Origin: Podarcis muralis
Taxonomy: Eukaryota
Direction: 5' to 3'
DNA: 64,000 nt
Assembly: GCF_964188315.1 (NCBI RefSeq)
Contig: NC_135655.1
Coordinates: forward strand, 59,706,001-59,770,000
The notes under the pieces are model-generated. The model did no database searches. It worked only from the letters and a program-made list of their open reading frames with translations, and was not told the origin of the DNA. The translations under genes and the position numbers were made by a program. Below are positions 52,560-61,974 of the stretch, piece after piece (the first letter of the stretch is position 1; each line of letters opens with the position of its first letter).

Positions 52560-53532
52560 AGACTCTGCATCATTTCCACAATTGTACCTCTGGAGCTCTA
52601 ACAAATAAAAAGGAAAGATACAGGAGTGTATTCTAAGCCACATTCTCTGTTCATGTGGGGGTAACAATGTGGTCCAGTACTCATTCAGGCTCTACATCCT
52701 GGAACTTGACCCAACATTTTCTAGAGTTTCATACATCCTATATTTTAATGAATTTTTGAAGCACATTGTTTCCTCAAAGAATTATGGGCACTGCAATTAG
52801 TTATGGGTTGCTGGGAACTGTAACTCTGTAATCACAATACCTGGAATTCTTTGAAGGGGGGATGTGCTCTAAAGGAATCTTTGGCAGACAACACATGTGC
52901 AAAACAATTTTGAAACCCTGACAAACAGATTTCCAAACTTCAGTCAGTAAATCTGAGAGGCCAAACACATAAGTGGACCAAGCCTCAGAAAGGTCAAATG
53001 CACATCGTCTTACAGACTGCAAGAAAAAGATACAGTACCTATTCTCATACATACAAACACAAATGCCCCTGGGTTTGGGGTTCATTTCTACTTGGTTCTG
53101 AGTTATTCAAAGTGTGCTTGCTACACTGTGTTGTCTGATCTACTTTATATTCTTTCTGTCCTATGGTATTTGTTACCAGAACCAGTGATGTCATAGATTC
53201 ATATCCATCATCTTTGTCTTTCTCAATAGCTTTTGCTTCGCATGTTGGCTAGATTTTTAACACTTTCTAGTCTTATCAGTAGTGTTTGTCACTTCCATCA
53301 TATTTGCTTCTTTCCAGGTCCTGAACGCCTTCATTTTTTTGTTTCTATTTTCTTTTGCAAAGGCCCTCAAATAAAAAACACAAAATGTGTTTTAATAGTG
53401 TATGCTTGTGAAAAAGCTAATGGAAAGGCTTGGTCCAAATTTAATTTAGAAAGAATTAATTCAGTGTGTTTGCTGTTTTCTCAGATTGGAAACGACACCA
53501 ACACTTCTTTTGAAAGTTATGCCAAGTTATAA
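52560..53532 (+). pseudogene. Cadherin relic segments
   Basis: FHNCTSGAL; VSKSERPNT*VDQA...KKIQYLF; exon from 53363 (acceptor ttcttttgcaaAG) reads KNTKCVLIVYACEKANGKAWSK...IGNDTNTSFESY. Confidence 0.65.
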
Positions 53533-53889
53533 CAGAATTATCTTGAGTTTAAAACTGAGAAATTAAGATTTATCCCAAAGAATTGGGGTGTGGACTGTAG
53601 GTTAAGGGAACCAGTGTATTAAAAGGGGATCCCAACTGAATAAATGAAAAAAATAAAATAATTGGATAACATTTTTATTATATCATTATACTACTGCAGT
53701 TTATTTTTTTCTGGAAGAGCATTCTCCAGAGTTCACTCAGCCACTGAACCTATGTTTCAGTAAAAACTAAACCTTGCTCACAGCAAAGGTTGAAAGGAGT
53801 CATTATGATGTGAGGAAGCAAGAATGACTGGCTTAGTTCATTTGAAAAATCTGTAGATGCCAACCCAAACATAGTGTCACCTCGTGGCC

Positions 53890-54190
53890 CTTTTGGGAAA
53901 TGTCAGATTTCCAGGTACTCTTTATTGGTCTGTGATCCGTAGTGGCTGAAAAGCCCTGGCTACAACTCTGCCTACACAACAGCAAGCCTGGAAAGCTCCG
54001 AGGGAACAGCCGGAGACAGACTGGCTCCATTTGAGATATCTTAATATGTACCAGTATATCATTTCACAGAATGCTTTTAGAACCTTACAGGTCCACCACA
54101 TATGACAGAAGGTGCCTTCCTTTTGCTTACATTTCCAGCAGATATTTGCACTTGTCTTATACATTTTTGCAAGCTTACTAGGAGTCAAAT
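53890..54190 (-). mobile_element. L1-like ORF2 fragment (Cys-rich domain)
   Basis: KLAKMYKTSANICWKCKQKEGTFCHMWWTCK (CxxC...HxxxxC). Confidence 0.8.
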
Positions 54191-54309
54191 ACCACCGGTA
54201 TTTTCATATAATTTTCTTTCAGCGTACAACATGCTGAGAATTTCACCACCACCCAAGCCTCCATTACCTGGATTGTGCAGCAGTGCCTGGCAGCAATAAT
54301 GGCAGATTC

Positions 54310-54405
54310 TGGTGAGATCTTGTGAGATCTCACTGAGCTCTTGCAAGATCTTACAGAGCTCATGAGATCTTGTGAGATTTCCGGAAGATCTCACAAGATC
54401 TTGCT
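54310..54405. repeat. Degenerate tandem array of about 11-bp units built on AGATCT
   Basis: gtgagatcttgtgagatctcactgagctcttgcaagatcttacagagctcatgagatcttgtgagat... Confidence 0.75.
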
Positions 54406-54480
54406 GGCCTAATACTGCTATTAAACCAACTAGATTTAGTAGGATTATGCATAGGGTTTCCATGTTGGGTTGCAGCTAGC

Positions 54481-54655
54481 ACTGTCAGCAGGGTAAGGTC
54501 CTGGCACTTACATGACCTCCCACTACTGACATTGCTGGTGCTGTCAGGGTTGAGTAAGGTTGGCACAGTGCAAACACACCGGTACAGCCAAACTGGTGCT
54601 CATGCCAGTGTGTTCACACCACATCAACCTCACCTCCTTCCTCCTCTACCTTCTT
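54481..54655 (+). pseudogene. Cadherin relic exon
   Basis: TVSRVRSWHLHDLPLLTLLVLS / KHTGTAKLVLMPVCSHHINLTSF; donor GTAAGC at 54656. Confidence 0.55.
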
Positions 54656-55547
54656 GTAAGCCACAGTGATGTCAACATTGGGAGATATGCTAAGTGCCTC
54701 CCCCCACCAAATGCTACTGGTTGTGGGTGGCCTATGATTTTAAAAGATTCCATCTTCTGCCCAAGTAGTGTTTTCAAGTGGCCATTGTAGCTGTGCTTTT
54801 AACAGCAGCTCAACATGCAGACATAGGGTGATATTTCAATCACCTTGGCGTTGGAGTCTGGGGAAGAGCCGCGACAGTCAAGTGGAGCGGAGCCCGTAGG
54901 AGTGCTGCAGGCTCTTCTGCTGCAGGCAGCTCTTCCCCGGACTCCAACGCTCGCCCCCGAACTTGCACCAAGCCGGAACAGCAGAAGAGCCCACGGTACT
55001 CCAACATGCTCGGCTCGGCGGTTGGCTCTTGCCCCAGCTGCATGGCAGCTGTTTTGGTGCCGCGCCCAGAGCACTGTGTAATGTTGTGGTGGGATCCGCC
55101 AGGCACCGACAGCACCGAAGGCAGCAACAAAACCCGACGAATAGGAGCACACGGATCCTGTCCGGAGATGTTGCCTCTGACGCCGCTTGCATTCCCCATC
55201 GTTCTGCACTGGCACCCCACGTTGGATGGCGCTGGGAGCGTGCGCCAACAGCGGAAAAGCCAGCAAAGGAACCCGCAGCTTGGCGCATGCAACAGGATGC
55301 GTTGCACAGTGCCTACAACATTACACGGCGCTCCGGGTGCTGTGTGTGCAGCCGAAACAGTTAACCGCCATGTGGGGGGATGCAGCGGGTGGACAGCACG
55401 GCGACTGTGCGTGCTGCCCGACATTTTGTCCCTCCCCCCTGCATGGAACCCGCACCCTTTGTACAACCCTGTGCATGGGACGCTGGCACCCCTTTTGGTT
55501 GACGCTGTGAGTCCCTGTGTCCCACAACCGTTCTAAAGGTAAACAAC

Positions 55548-56370
55548 TGTCAGGGGCTCAGGAGCAGAGGCACAGGGGAGAGAGGAAATGGAGAGCGAAG
55601 GGGAAGAATCTGAGGGCAGCGTAGGGGAGTATGAAAGTGGCCCGAGAGATTCCATGAGTCTCTCCAGCGAATCAGAAGATTCCCAGAGGGGGGCGCCGAT
55701 GGCCAGGGCAAGGGGGGTCCCAGGGGGGACACACCAGAAGCAAGGGGCCAGCAGGGACTCCCAAAGCAGCAGCGGGAGAGCAGGACCAGCTCCTCCACCA
55801 GAGCGTAGTGAGGGGGAAGAGTCACATGTATCAGGGCCAGCTTCTCCTCCAGCAGGGAGAGAGGATGAGTCAGGGGTGGCCACGCCTCCATCGCAGAGTG
55901 AGGGAACGGAGGGAGAGTCAGGTGCAGCCAGCCTCCCCGAAGGGGGAAGCAGTGACAGGAGCAGTGTAACGGTCAGGAGGAAGGTGGCCGGCTGGGAGCG
56001 CGCCAAGTTCGAATGTACAGGCGCGCGGCACAGCAGGAAACCCGGATTGGGAACCAGGTCCTAAAGCCCGCCGGAGGGAGGGGGAGGACTCAGGAGACTC
56101 AGCGTCAGAAGAGTCTAGGAGAGGCGAGACCCCAGCGGACAGGCGGGCCCAGAGGAGAAGAGAGCAAAGGAAGAGGTGGAGCAAGGCTAGAGTCTTAAAC
56201 TGGTGTCTGGGGGGAGGAGATTCAGACGGAGCTTCGGCGGTCTAGAGTTTGAGACGTAGAGCTGCGCGCCGCGGCTGTGAAAGCGAAACTGACCTTCAAT
56301 AAAGACTGTTTTATATAACAACGAACTGGCGTTGGTCCTTTGTGAGCTGGGACCTAGGGCAGCTCTGACA
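55548..56370 (+). mobile_element. Solo LTR (823 bp), probably Ty3/gypsy-type
   Basis: Termini TGTCAG...CTGACA (6-bp inverted repeat); perfect 5-bp TSD ACAAC (55543-55547 and 56371-56375); AATAAA at 56298. Superfamily assignment is inference. Confidence 0.85.
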
Positions 56371-56633
56371 ACAACTATTTCCTTTTTAAAAAGCCAACAA
56401 CTTTGGGGTCCCCCCCTAAAGAAAGGTCAACAACTCTGGGCAACCTAGGGGCTCCGAGTGGATCTTTGCACCCCAGCGCCACATATGATTAAGACAGTCC
56501 TGTGAATGAGCTCAGTAGAAGGCAGTTCTCTCCTCCTGTTCTGCTTAGAATGTCTCCTTCTTTCCTCTTTACAGACTGTAGTTTCAAGGATGGACTGGGG
56601 CAATGACAAGAAGACCGTCACCTTCACTTGAGT

Positions 56634-57073
56634 CATGGAACTTTGGAGTGTCAGGCATAGCCCTACTGGCTTTAGCCCAAACGTAGCAGAGTTTTCCTGC
56701 ACAGCGAAGAAGCTAGTTGCGGCGGTAATGACTAGTCAGCTAGACTCAGAATAACTATTTACAGGATTTATTAAAAGGAGAAAATAAAACAGCAGAGTTT
56801 CTGCATACAAGTAAAAGTAAAATAAACCCTCTCTTTCTCTCTCTCAAAACCATACACAGCACTTCTACTCCTAACAACACCTCACATCAAACTGAGCTAG
56901 CAATCCCTTGATAACAGAGTTGAGTGCTGGTCGTTAACCAATCAGAGTAAGTAGTTTCTAGGTCAAGCAGACCTGGGCTTTCTGCCAAGAGTAAATTGAC
57001 ACCAGCCTGAGTTAATTGTGCGAAGCTAGAATCTGCAAGTTTCCCACGAGAACCAATTAACAGAAACTGAACA
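56634..57073 (-). repeat. 3' LTR of copia element
   Basis: No mismatch found by eye versus 61330-61769 (constant offset 4696); AATAAA on the minus strand. Confidence 0.95.
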
Positions 57074-57126
57074 CCCCCTCACAGATTCTGCTGAACAATT
57101 AACACCAAATACACCTATGTAGGAGA

Positions 57127-60100
57127 TCATTTTTCCAGCAAACCTAAACCCTTGCACATTCGCTTGTTCTTTATCTTTGCCAATGGTTTAGTTAACACAT
57201 CTGCTACATTTTCTTCACTTGATACATAAGTACAGGTGATTACATTGTCTTGTACACAGCAACGTACATTTTGGTATTTTACAGAGATATGTTTGGGACG
57301 CGATTTGAAACCCTCTGTTTTACTTAATGTTATACAAGCTTGATTATCAATGTAAACTTGTACTGGTTCTCCACAATTTACATTTAAATCTGCTAACAAA
57401 TGCTTGAAATAAATCACCTCGTTGCACAATTCACTCAATGCGGCGTACTCTGATTCCGTTGATGACACACTTACAACGTCTTGCTTGCGTGACCGCCAGC
57501 TGATTAAAGCTCCACCGACCATTATGACAAGTCCTGTGACAGATTTTCTATCCGGCAAATTTCCCCAGTCACTATCACAGTAGCAACTCAACATTTCATC
57601 CTCTGAAGAATTTAATTGTAACATATAGCCAATTGTCTGTTTCAGGTACCTCAGAACTTGTTTTACCCCTTTCCAGGCATTTAGTGTAGGTCTTGAGACC
57701 AATCTACTTAGTATGCCTACTGCATAGCTAATATCAGGTCTGGACCACTGTGCTATATACAATAAACTTCCAATTACAGAGTGATATACATCAGGATGTT
57801 CAAATTCAGGACTCTCATCTATATGAAGTGTTTTTATGAAACCTGGATCCATAGGCACCACTGCCCCTTTGCAATCCTGCATCCTGTATGTAGTCAGTAG
57901 TTGTTTAACTTTGTTCTGCTGACTAATTAGGCAGCTGCCATCTTGGGCCCAGCACACTTCCAACCCTAGATATGTCCTAACCGGGCCTAAGTCTTTCACT
58001 TTGAACTTACTGGACAATTGCTTGGCAAACCTTTTAGTTTGTTTATCTGTTTTGCATGCATACAAAACATCATCTACATAAATCAGACAAAACTCTTGAT
58101 CACTGCCTGTACCACGTACATAAACACAATTGTCAGCTGTACTCTGCTTGAAACCAAATGACACTAAGGCCTCATGGAAACATTTGTTCCAAGATCTTGC
58201 AGCCTGTTTGAGACCGTATAGAGCTTTGTTTAATTTCAACACTCTATTGGAACCTGTCTCATAACCAGGCGGTTCGGCAAGATACAGGTCTTCTGATATT
58301 GACGCATGTAAATATGCAGTTTGGATATCAAAATGGTTTAACAGGAGTTTTCTCTTTGCTCCAAGTGTTAAAATCAGCCTTACACTGTCTCCCTTAGCAG
58401 TAGGGGAAAAAGTCTCGTCATAATCTTTTCCAGGCCTCTGAGAGTATCCTTGAGCGACTAAACGAGCTTTGTATTTGTACTCTCCTGTCACCAGAGGTTT
58501 AAGTTTGTACACCCACCTGCAGCCTACAATCTTTGCCCCCTCAGGCGCTGCTACTGGTGTAAAAACCTTGTGCTCATTCAGAGAGGACATCTCTTCCTCC
58601 ATTGCCTGTTTCCAGAGCTCTGCCTCCTCTTTTGGTAACTTTAACACTTCCTGAAAACTCTTGGGTTCTGCAATTACACTAAACACATTTGCAGTATCAG
58701 GAGAAAAACGCACTGGAGGCACTCCTTTGTTTTGTCTTTTAGATCTTCTGGGAGAAAATTTTTCTTCTGACCCACTTTCCTCTTCAGAACTGCGACCTCT
58801 CTTTTGTTGCTTAGCCACTGGTCTCTGGCTAACTTCACTTTCCTGAGAGCTCTTATCTGAACTTTCCTCCCCCTCAGACTCTGATTCTCTATGTTTACCT
58901 TCAGAGTCATGAAGCTCCTGGGAAGGTTCAAACCAAACCTCAGTATTGGCATGTAGTCTCTCCCAGCCACTATGTTCACAAAAACTGGCATTCCTGGAGA
59001 TCACAATGCCATTTGTCCCTTCAGCAAAGCGGAAACCTTTTCCCAGCTCCTGGTAACCCACAAACACTAACTGTTTGGTCTTAGGATCTCCCTTCTTCCT
59101 CATTTGTTTTGGAATTAATACCCAGGCTTTTGATCCAAACACATGCAAATGGTCAATTTTGGGTTTTTTCTGAAACAATTTAAAGTACGGGGTTGTACCT
59201 ATAGTTTGATGAAAGAGCCTGTTTTGGAGATAACACGCGGTGAGCATGCTCTCCCCCCAATAAGACATGGGCAAATCAGCATCATCAAGCATGGCAAACA
59301 TCATATCTTGTAAAGATCTGTTTTTCCGCTCTGCAACGCCATTCTCCTCTGGGGAAAAAGCGTTCGTTTTTCTATGCCCAATGCCACGCTTTTGTAACCA
59401 ATCTTTAAAGGCATTTGACATAAATTCGCCACCTCTGTCCGTCTGAATCCTTTTGAGTTTAATGGACAGAAATCTTTCCACAGATGCCACCCAGCCTTTA
59501 AACTTAGTGAACACGTCACCCTTATTCTTCATGGGAAAAACCCAGGAGTAACGCGTGGCGTCATCCACAATTGTTAGTGAAAAGCGCGATCCACCCCTGC
59601 TTACAGCAAATGGACCAATTACGTCCATGTGAACCAGCTGTAGCGGTGACTCACTAACTCTGTCACTTCTGGGGTAAGAGACTCTGTGGGTTTTAACCTT
59701 TTTACAAACATTACAATCAAGGTACTTGTTACAACTCTTTAAATTACCCCCATCAGCCAATTCAGACATTTTTAGTACACTTTTCCAGCAAGCATGCCCC
59801 ATTTTCCTATGCAATAAGTGCACACAGTTGTCATGTATAGCTTTGTTATTCACTGCAGGCTGAGATTTACTGACTACTGCTGCAACTTGAGATCCTGCTT
59901 TAAGCCAAAACAAGCCTCCCTCTGACTTAGCAGTGCCTAAAATCTCACCAGCCTTCTTAATAATGCAACTGTCTCCTTCAAAATGCACTTTAAACCCAGC
60001 TTTTAGCAAACAATCTACAGACATCAGATTGCTCCTTAATGACGGCACACAAAGTACATTTTGCAGGCATTCACGAAGACAAGGAACAAAAACTGCACCC

Positions 60101-61092
60101 CCCGAAATCACTTCGGAAGTACTTCCGTCTGCTAGAGCCACCTGGCTGCGCTGTGCTGAGTTCTTGGAAACAAACAATTCATCTGTATTTACGATGTGGC
60201 GAGATGCTCCCGAATCGACCACCCAGACCGCTTGTTTCTCATCAGCACTCTTGACCTCGCCGGTCACCAGCTGAGCCGACTGTTTTCGTTTGAAGAATTT
60301 CCTTTTACGCTGCTGCTGCTGCTGCTGATCTCGTCTCTGCTCCTGCACCGGCAACTGAGACTTGACCAACTCCGGACATTGTTGTTTTAGATGCGCTGAA
60401 GACCCACATCGGAAACAACGCCTAACAGCAAACGCTGACTCCTCACCGGTACGCTGCTTTTGCGTCACCTCTGGCACGGCATGAGAACTCCTTCCAAACC
60501 GCCCGTCTGTAGAAGCCTCTGCAGCCAACGATCTTTCTTGCCTCTTCTGCCATTCTTCAATCAAACGCCCAGTAACGTAACTGACTGATAAATCATGCTC
60601 CTGCATGCCTTCTAGAGACAAAACTAAATTATCCCAGCTTTCCGGGAGAGAACTCAAAATAATAACCACCTTCTCCTGCTGGTCTAACGCACAGTCTCTT
60701 TCCTGTAGCGCAACAAACTTTAACTGTAAACTGTGTAGGTGTTCCTGCATTGTAACCCCAGGCTGTAACATTGCCTTGTACAATGCCTTGCGAATGAACA
60801 GCTTGGAAACCGCTGTCTCACGCACATGGAGTTCTTTAAGTGCTTGCCACACACCTCTAGCTGTCTTGATTCCCCTCACATACGGCAACTGGGAATCTTC
60901 CAGCCCCAAGACAATTGTGGCCCTTGCTCTTTGGTCTTTATCGAGGTCTTCATCATCAGGCTTCGCAGGAAACGTACTCACCACTTGCCAGAGACGATCC
61001 CTCTGCAGCACTGCCTGCATGCGTTCCGACCACAGCAAGTAATTGGAGTCATTCAGACGCTCAAAAGCCATCTGAACTGGTTGTGAGGCCAT
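57127..61092 (-). CDS. Ty1/copia gag-pol polyprotein (1321 aa)
   Basis: Gag zinc knuckle CFRCGSSAHLKQQC; protease WVVDSGASRH; integrase HRKMGH..CNVC, HMDVIG/TDRGGEF/ENGVAER; RT YKARLVAQG, ALYGLKQ, IYVDD; RNase H CDSDW, TESEY, IDNQ, ADVLTK; no stop or frameshift. Confidence 0.97.
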   Translation of the reverse strand: MASQPVQMAFERLNDSNYLLWSERMQAVLQRDRLWQVVSTFPAKPDDEDLDKDQRARATIVLGLEDSQLPYVRGIKTARGVWQALKELHVRETAVSKLFIRKALYKAMLQPGVTMQEHLHSLQLKFVALQERDCALDQQEKVVIILSSLPESWDNLVLSLEGMQEHDLSVSYVTGRLIEEWQKRQERSLAAEASTDGRFGRSSHAVPEVTQKQRTGEESAFAVRRCFRCGSSAHLKQQCPELVKSQLPVQEQRRDQQQQQQRKRKFFKRKQSAQLVTGEVKSADEKQAVWVVDSGASRHIVNTDELFVSKNSAQRSQVALADGSTSEVISGGAVFVPCLRECLQNVLCVPSLRSNLMSVDCLLKAGFKVHFEGDSCIIKKAGEILGTAKSEGGLFWLKAGSQVAAVVSKSQPAVNNKAIHDNCVHLLHRKMGHACWKSVLKMSELADGGNLKSCNKYLDCNVCKKVKTHRVSYPRSDRVSESPLQLVHMDVIGPFAVSRGGSRFSLTIVDDATRYSWVFPMKNKGDVFTKFKGWVASVERFLSIKLKRIQTDRGGEFMSNAFKDWLQKRGIGHRKTNAFSPEENGVAERKNRSLQDMMFAMLDDADLPMSYWGESMLTACYLQNRLFHQTIGTTPYFKLFQKKPKIDHLHVFGSKAWVLIPKQMRKKGDPKTKQLVFVGYQELGKGFRFAEGTNGIVISRNASFCEHSGWERLHANTEVWFEPSQELHDSEGKHRESESEGEESSDKSSQESEVSQRPVAKQQKRGRSSEEESGSEEKFSPRRSKRQNKGVPPVRFSPDTANVFSVIAEPKSFQEVLKLPKEEAELWKQAMEEEMSSLNEHKVFTPVAAPEGAKIVGCRWVYKLKPLVTGEYKYKARLVAQGYSQRPGKDYDETFSPTAKGDSVRLILTLGAKRKLLLNHFDIQTAYLHASISEDLYLAEPPGYETGSNRVLKLNKALYGLKQAARSWNKCFHEALVSFGFKQSTADNCVYVRGTGSDQEFCLIYVDDVLYACKTDKQTKRFAKQLSSKFKVKDLGPVRTYLGLEVCWAQDGSCLISQQNKVKQLLTTYRMQDCKGAVVPMDPGFIKTLHIDESPEFEHPDVYHSVIGSLLYIAQWSRPDISYAVGILSRLVSRPTLNAWKGVKQVLRYLKQTIGYMLQLNSSEDEMLSCYCDSDWGNLPDRKSVTGLVIMVGGALISWRSRKQDVVSVSSTESEYAALSELCNEVIYFKHLLADLNVNCGEPVQVYIDNQACITLSKTEGFKSRPKHISVKYQNVRCCVQDNVITCTYVSSEENVADVLTKPLAKIKNKRMCKGLGLLEK

Positions 61093-61318
61093 CTTGAGAG
61101 TGATGTCCCTGGAACCCGGAACCAGCTACTCACGACCACCGAGAGAGAAAACAGGAACCACAGCACCCAGCACTCACACGCTGTAGCTGTTGTCCTTGTG
61201 TCCGCTGCGTCACCAGCTCACAACAGTCAGGAACCAGCCAGAGAACAACAACTTCTGGAACTACTGGAACCAACGCCGTTGATGCTGACACCACCGCAAC
61301 TCAGGCTGGCAGCACAAT

Positions 61319-61328
61319 GCCCATAACC
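61319..61328 (-). promoter_or_regulatory. Primer-binding site GGTTATGGGC (half-tRNA-iMet type)
   Basis: Complementary to GCCCAUAACC in the anticodon arm of initiator tRNA-Met; adjacent to the 5' LTR. Confidence 0.8.
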
Positions 61329-61329
61329 T

Positions 61330-61769
61330 CATGGAACTTTGGAGTGTCAGGCATAGCCCTACTGGCTTTAGCCCAAACGTAGCAGAGTTTTCCTGCACAG
61401 CGAAGAAGCTAGTTGCGGCGGTAATGACTAGTCAGCTAGACTCAGAATAACTATTTACAGGATTTATTAAAAGGAGAAAATAAAACAGCAGAGTTTCTGC
61501 ATACAAGTAAAAGTAAAATAAACCCTCTCTTTCTCTCTCTCAAAACCATACACAGCACTTCTACTCCTAACAACACCTCACATCAAACTGAGCTAGCAAT
61601 CCCTTGATAACAGAGTTGAGTGCTGGTCGTTAACCAATCAGAGTAAGTAGTTTCTAGGTCAAGCAGACCTGGGCTTTCTGCCAAGAGTAAATTGACACCA
61701 GCCTGAGTTAATTGTGCGAAGCTAGAATCTGCAAGTTTCCCACGAGAACCAATTAACAGAAACTGAACA
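61330..61769 (-). repeat. 5' LTR of copia element
   Basis: Starts TGTTCAG on the minus strand; followed by the PBS. Confidence 0.95.
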
Positions 61770-61974
61770 TGAGTTGACTGTGTGCTATAAGACTGGTCTC
61801 ATACTGCAGGGTCTTCCATTTTAGAGTGTACATTTAAGAAGGGGAGGGGAGGGAAAGTGCCCTGCTGCAGGAATTCCTTTCCTCTTCTTAGATGGCATTT
61901 TTGTGGGATGGGCAAGGACAGTGCCATCCTGTTTTGTCACCCAATATGAATGGGAAGGTGCCGCCCCAACTCAA

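Larger units (their letters stand above)
1821..56633 (+). pseudogene. Decayed giant cadherin-superfamily gene (multi-exon unitary pseudogene; many EC-repeat remnants)
   Basis: More than 30 + strand segments, many with polypyrimidine-AG acceptors and GT donors, translate to EC-repeat motifs. Examples: VVRVK(D)INDSS, NPLFSSYIYEGI, YGIVMENS, TVHARDCLEGGN, YPLLVELRGIEGSPPLLQS, ASDGWGS...TIEDDS, CVLIVYACEKANG. In-frame stops, frameshifts and TE insertions interrupt them. Both ends are approximate and the locus may start upstream of the window. Confidence 0.75.
56634..61769 (-). mobile_element. Full-length Ty1/copia LTR retrotransposon (5,136 bp)
   Basis: Two 440-bp LTRs, PBS, PPT GAGGGGG (57074-57080), TGAGT/TGAG target duplication, single gag-pol ORF in PR-IN-RT-RH order. 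Confidence 0.97.

Noticed and set aside
54799-55546. Multiple 100-208-aa ORFs on both strands
   Set aside because: Expected in GC-rich repeat DNA; no recognisable protein motifs.
55588-58900. Shared ESEGEES peptide between the solo-LTR ORF and the copia IN-RT linker
   Set aside because: Seven residues of low-complexity acidic sequence with different codons; no wider nucleotide similarity.
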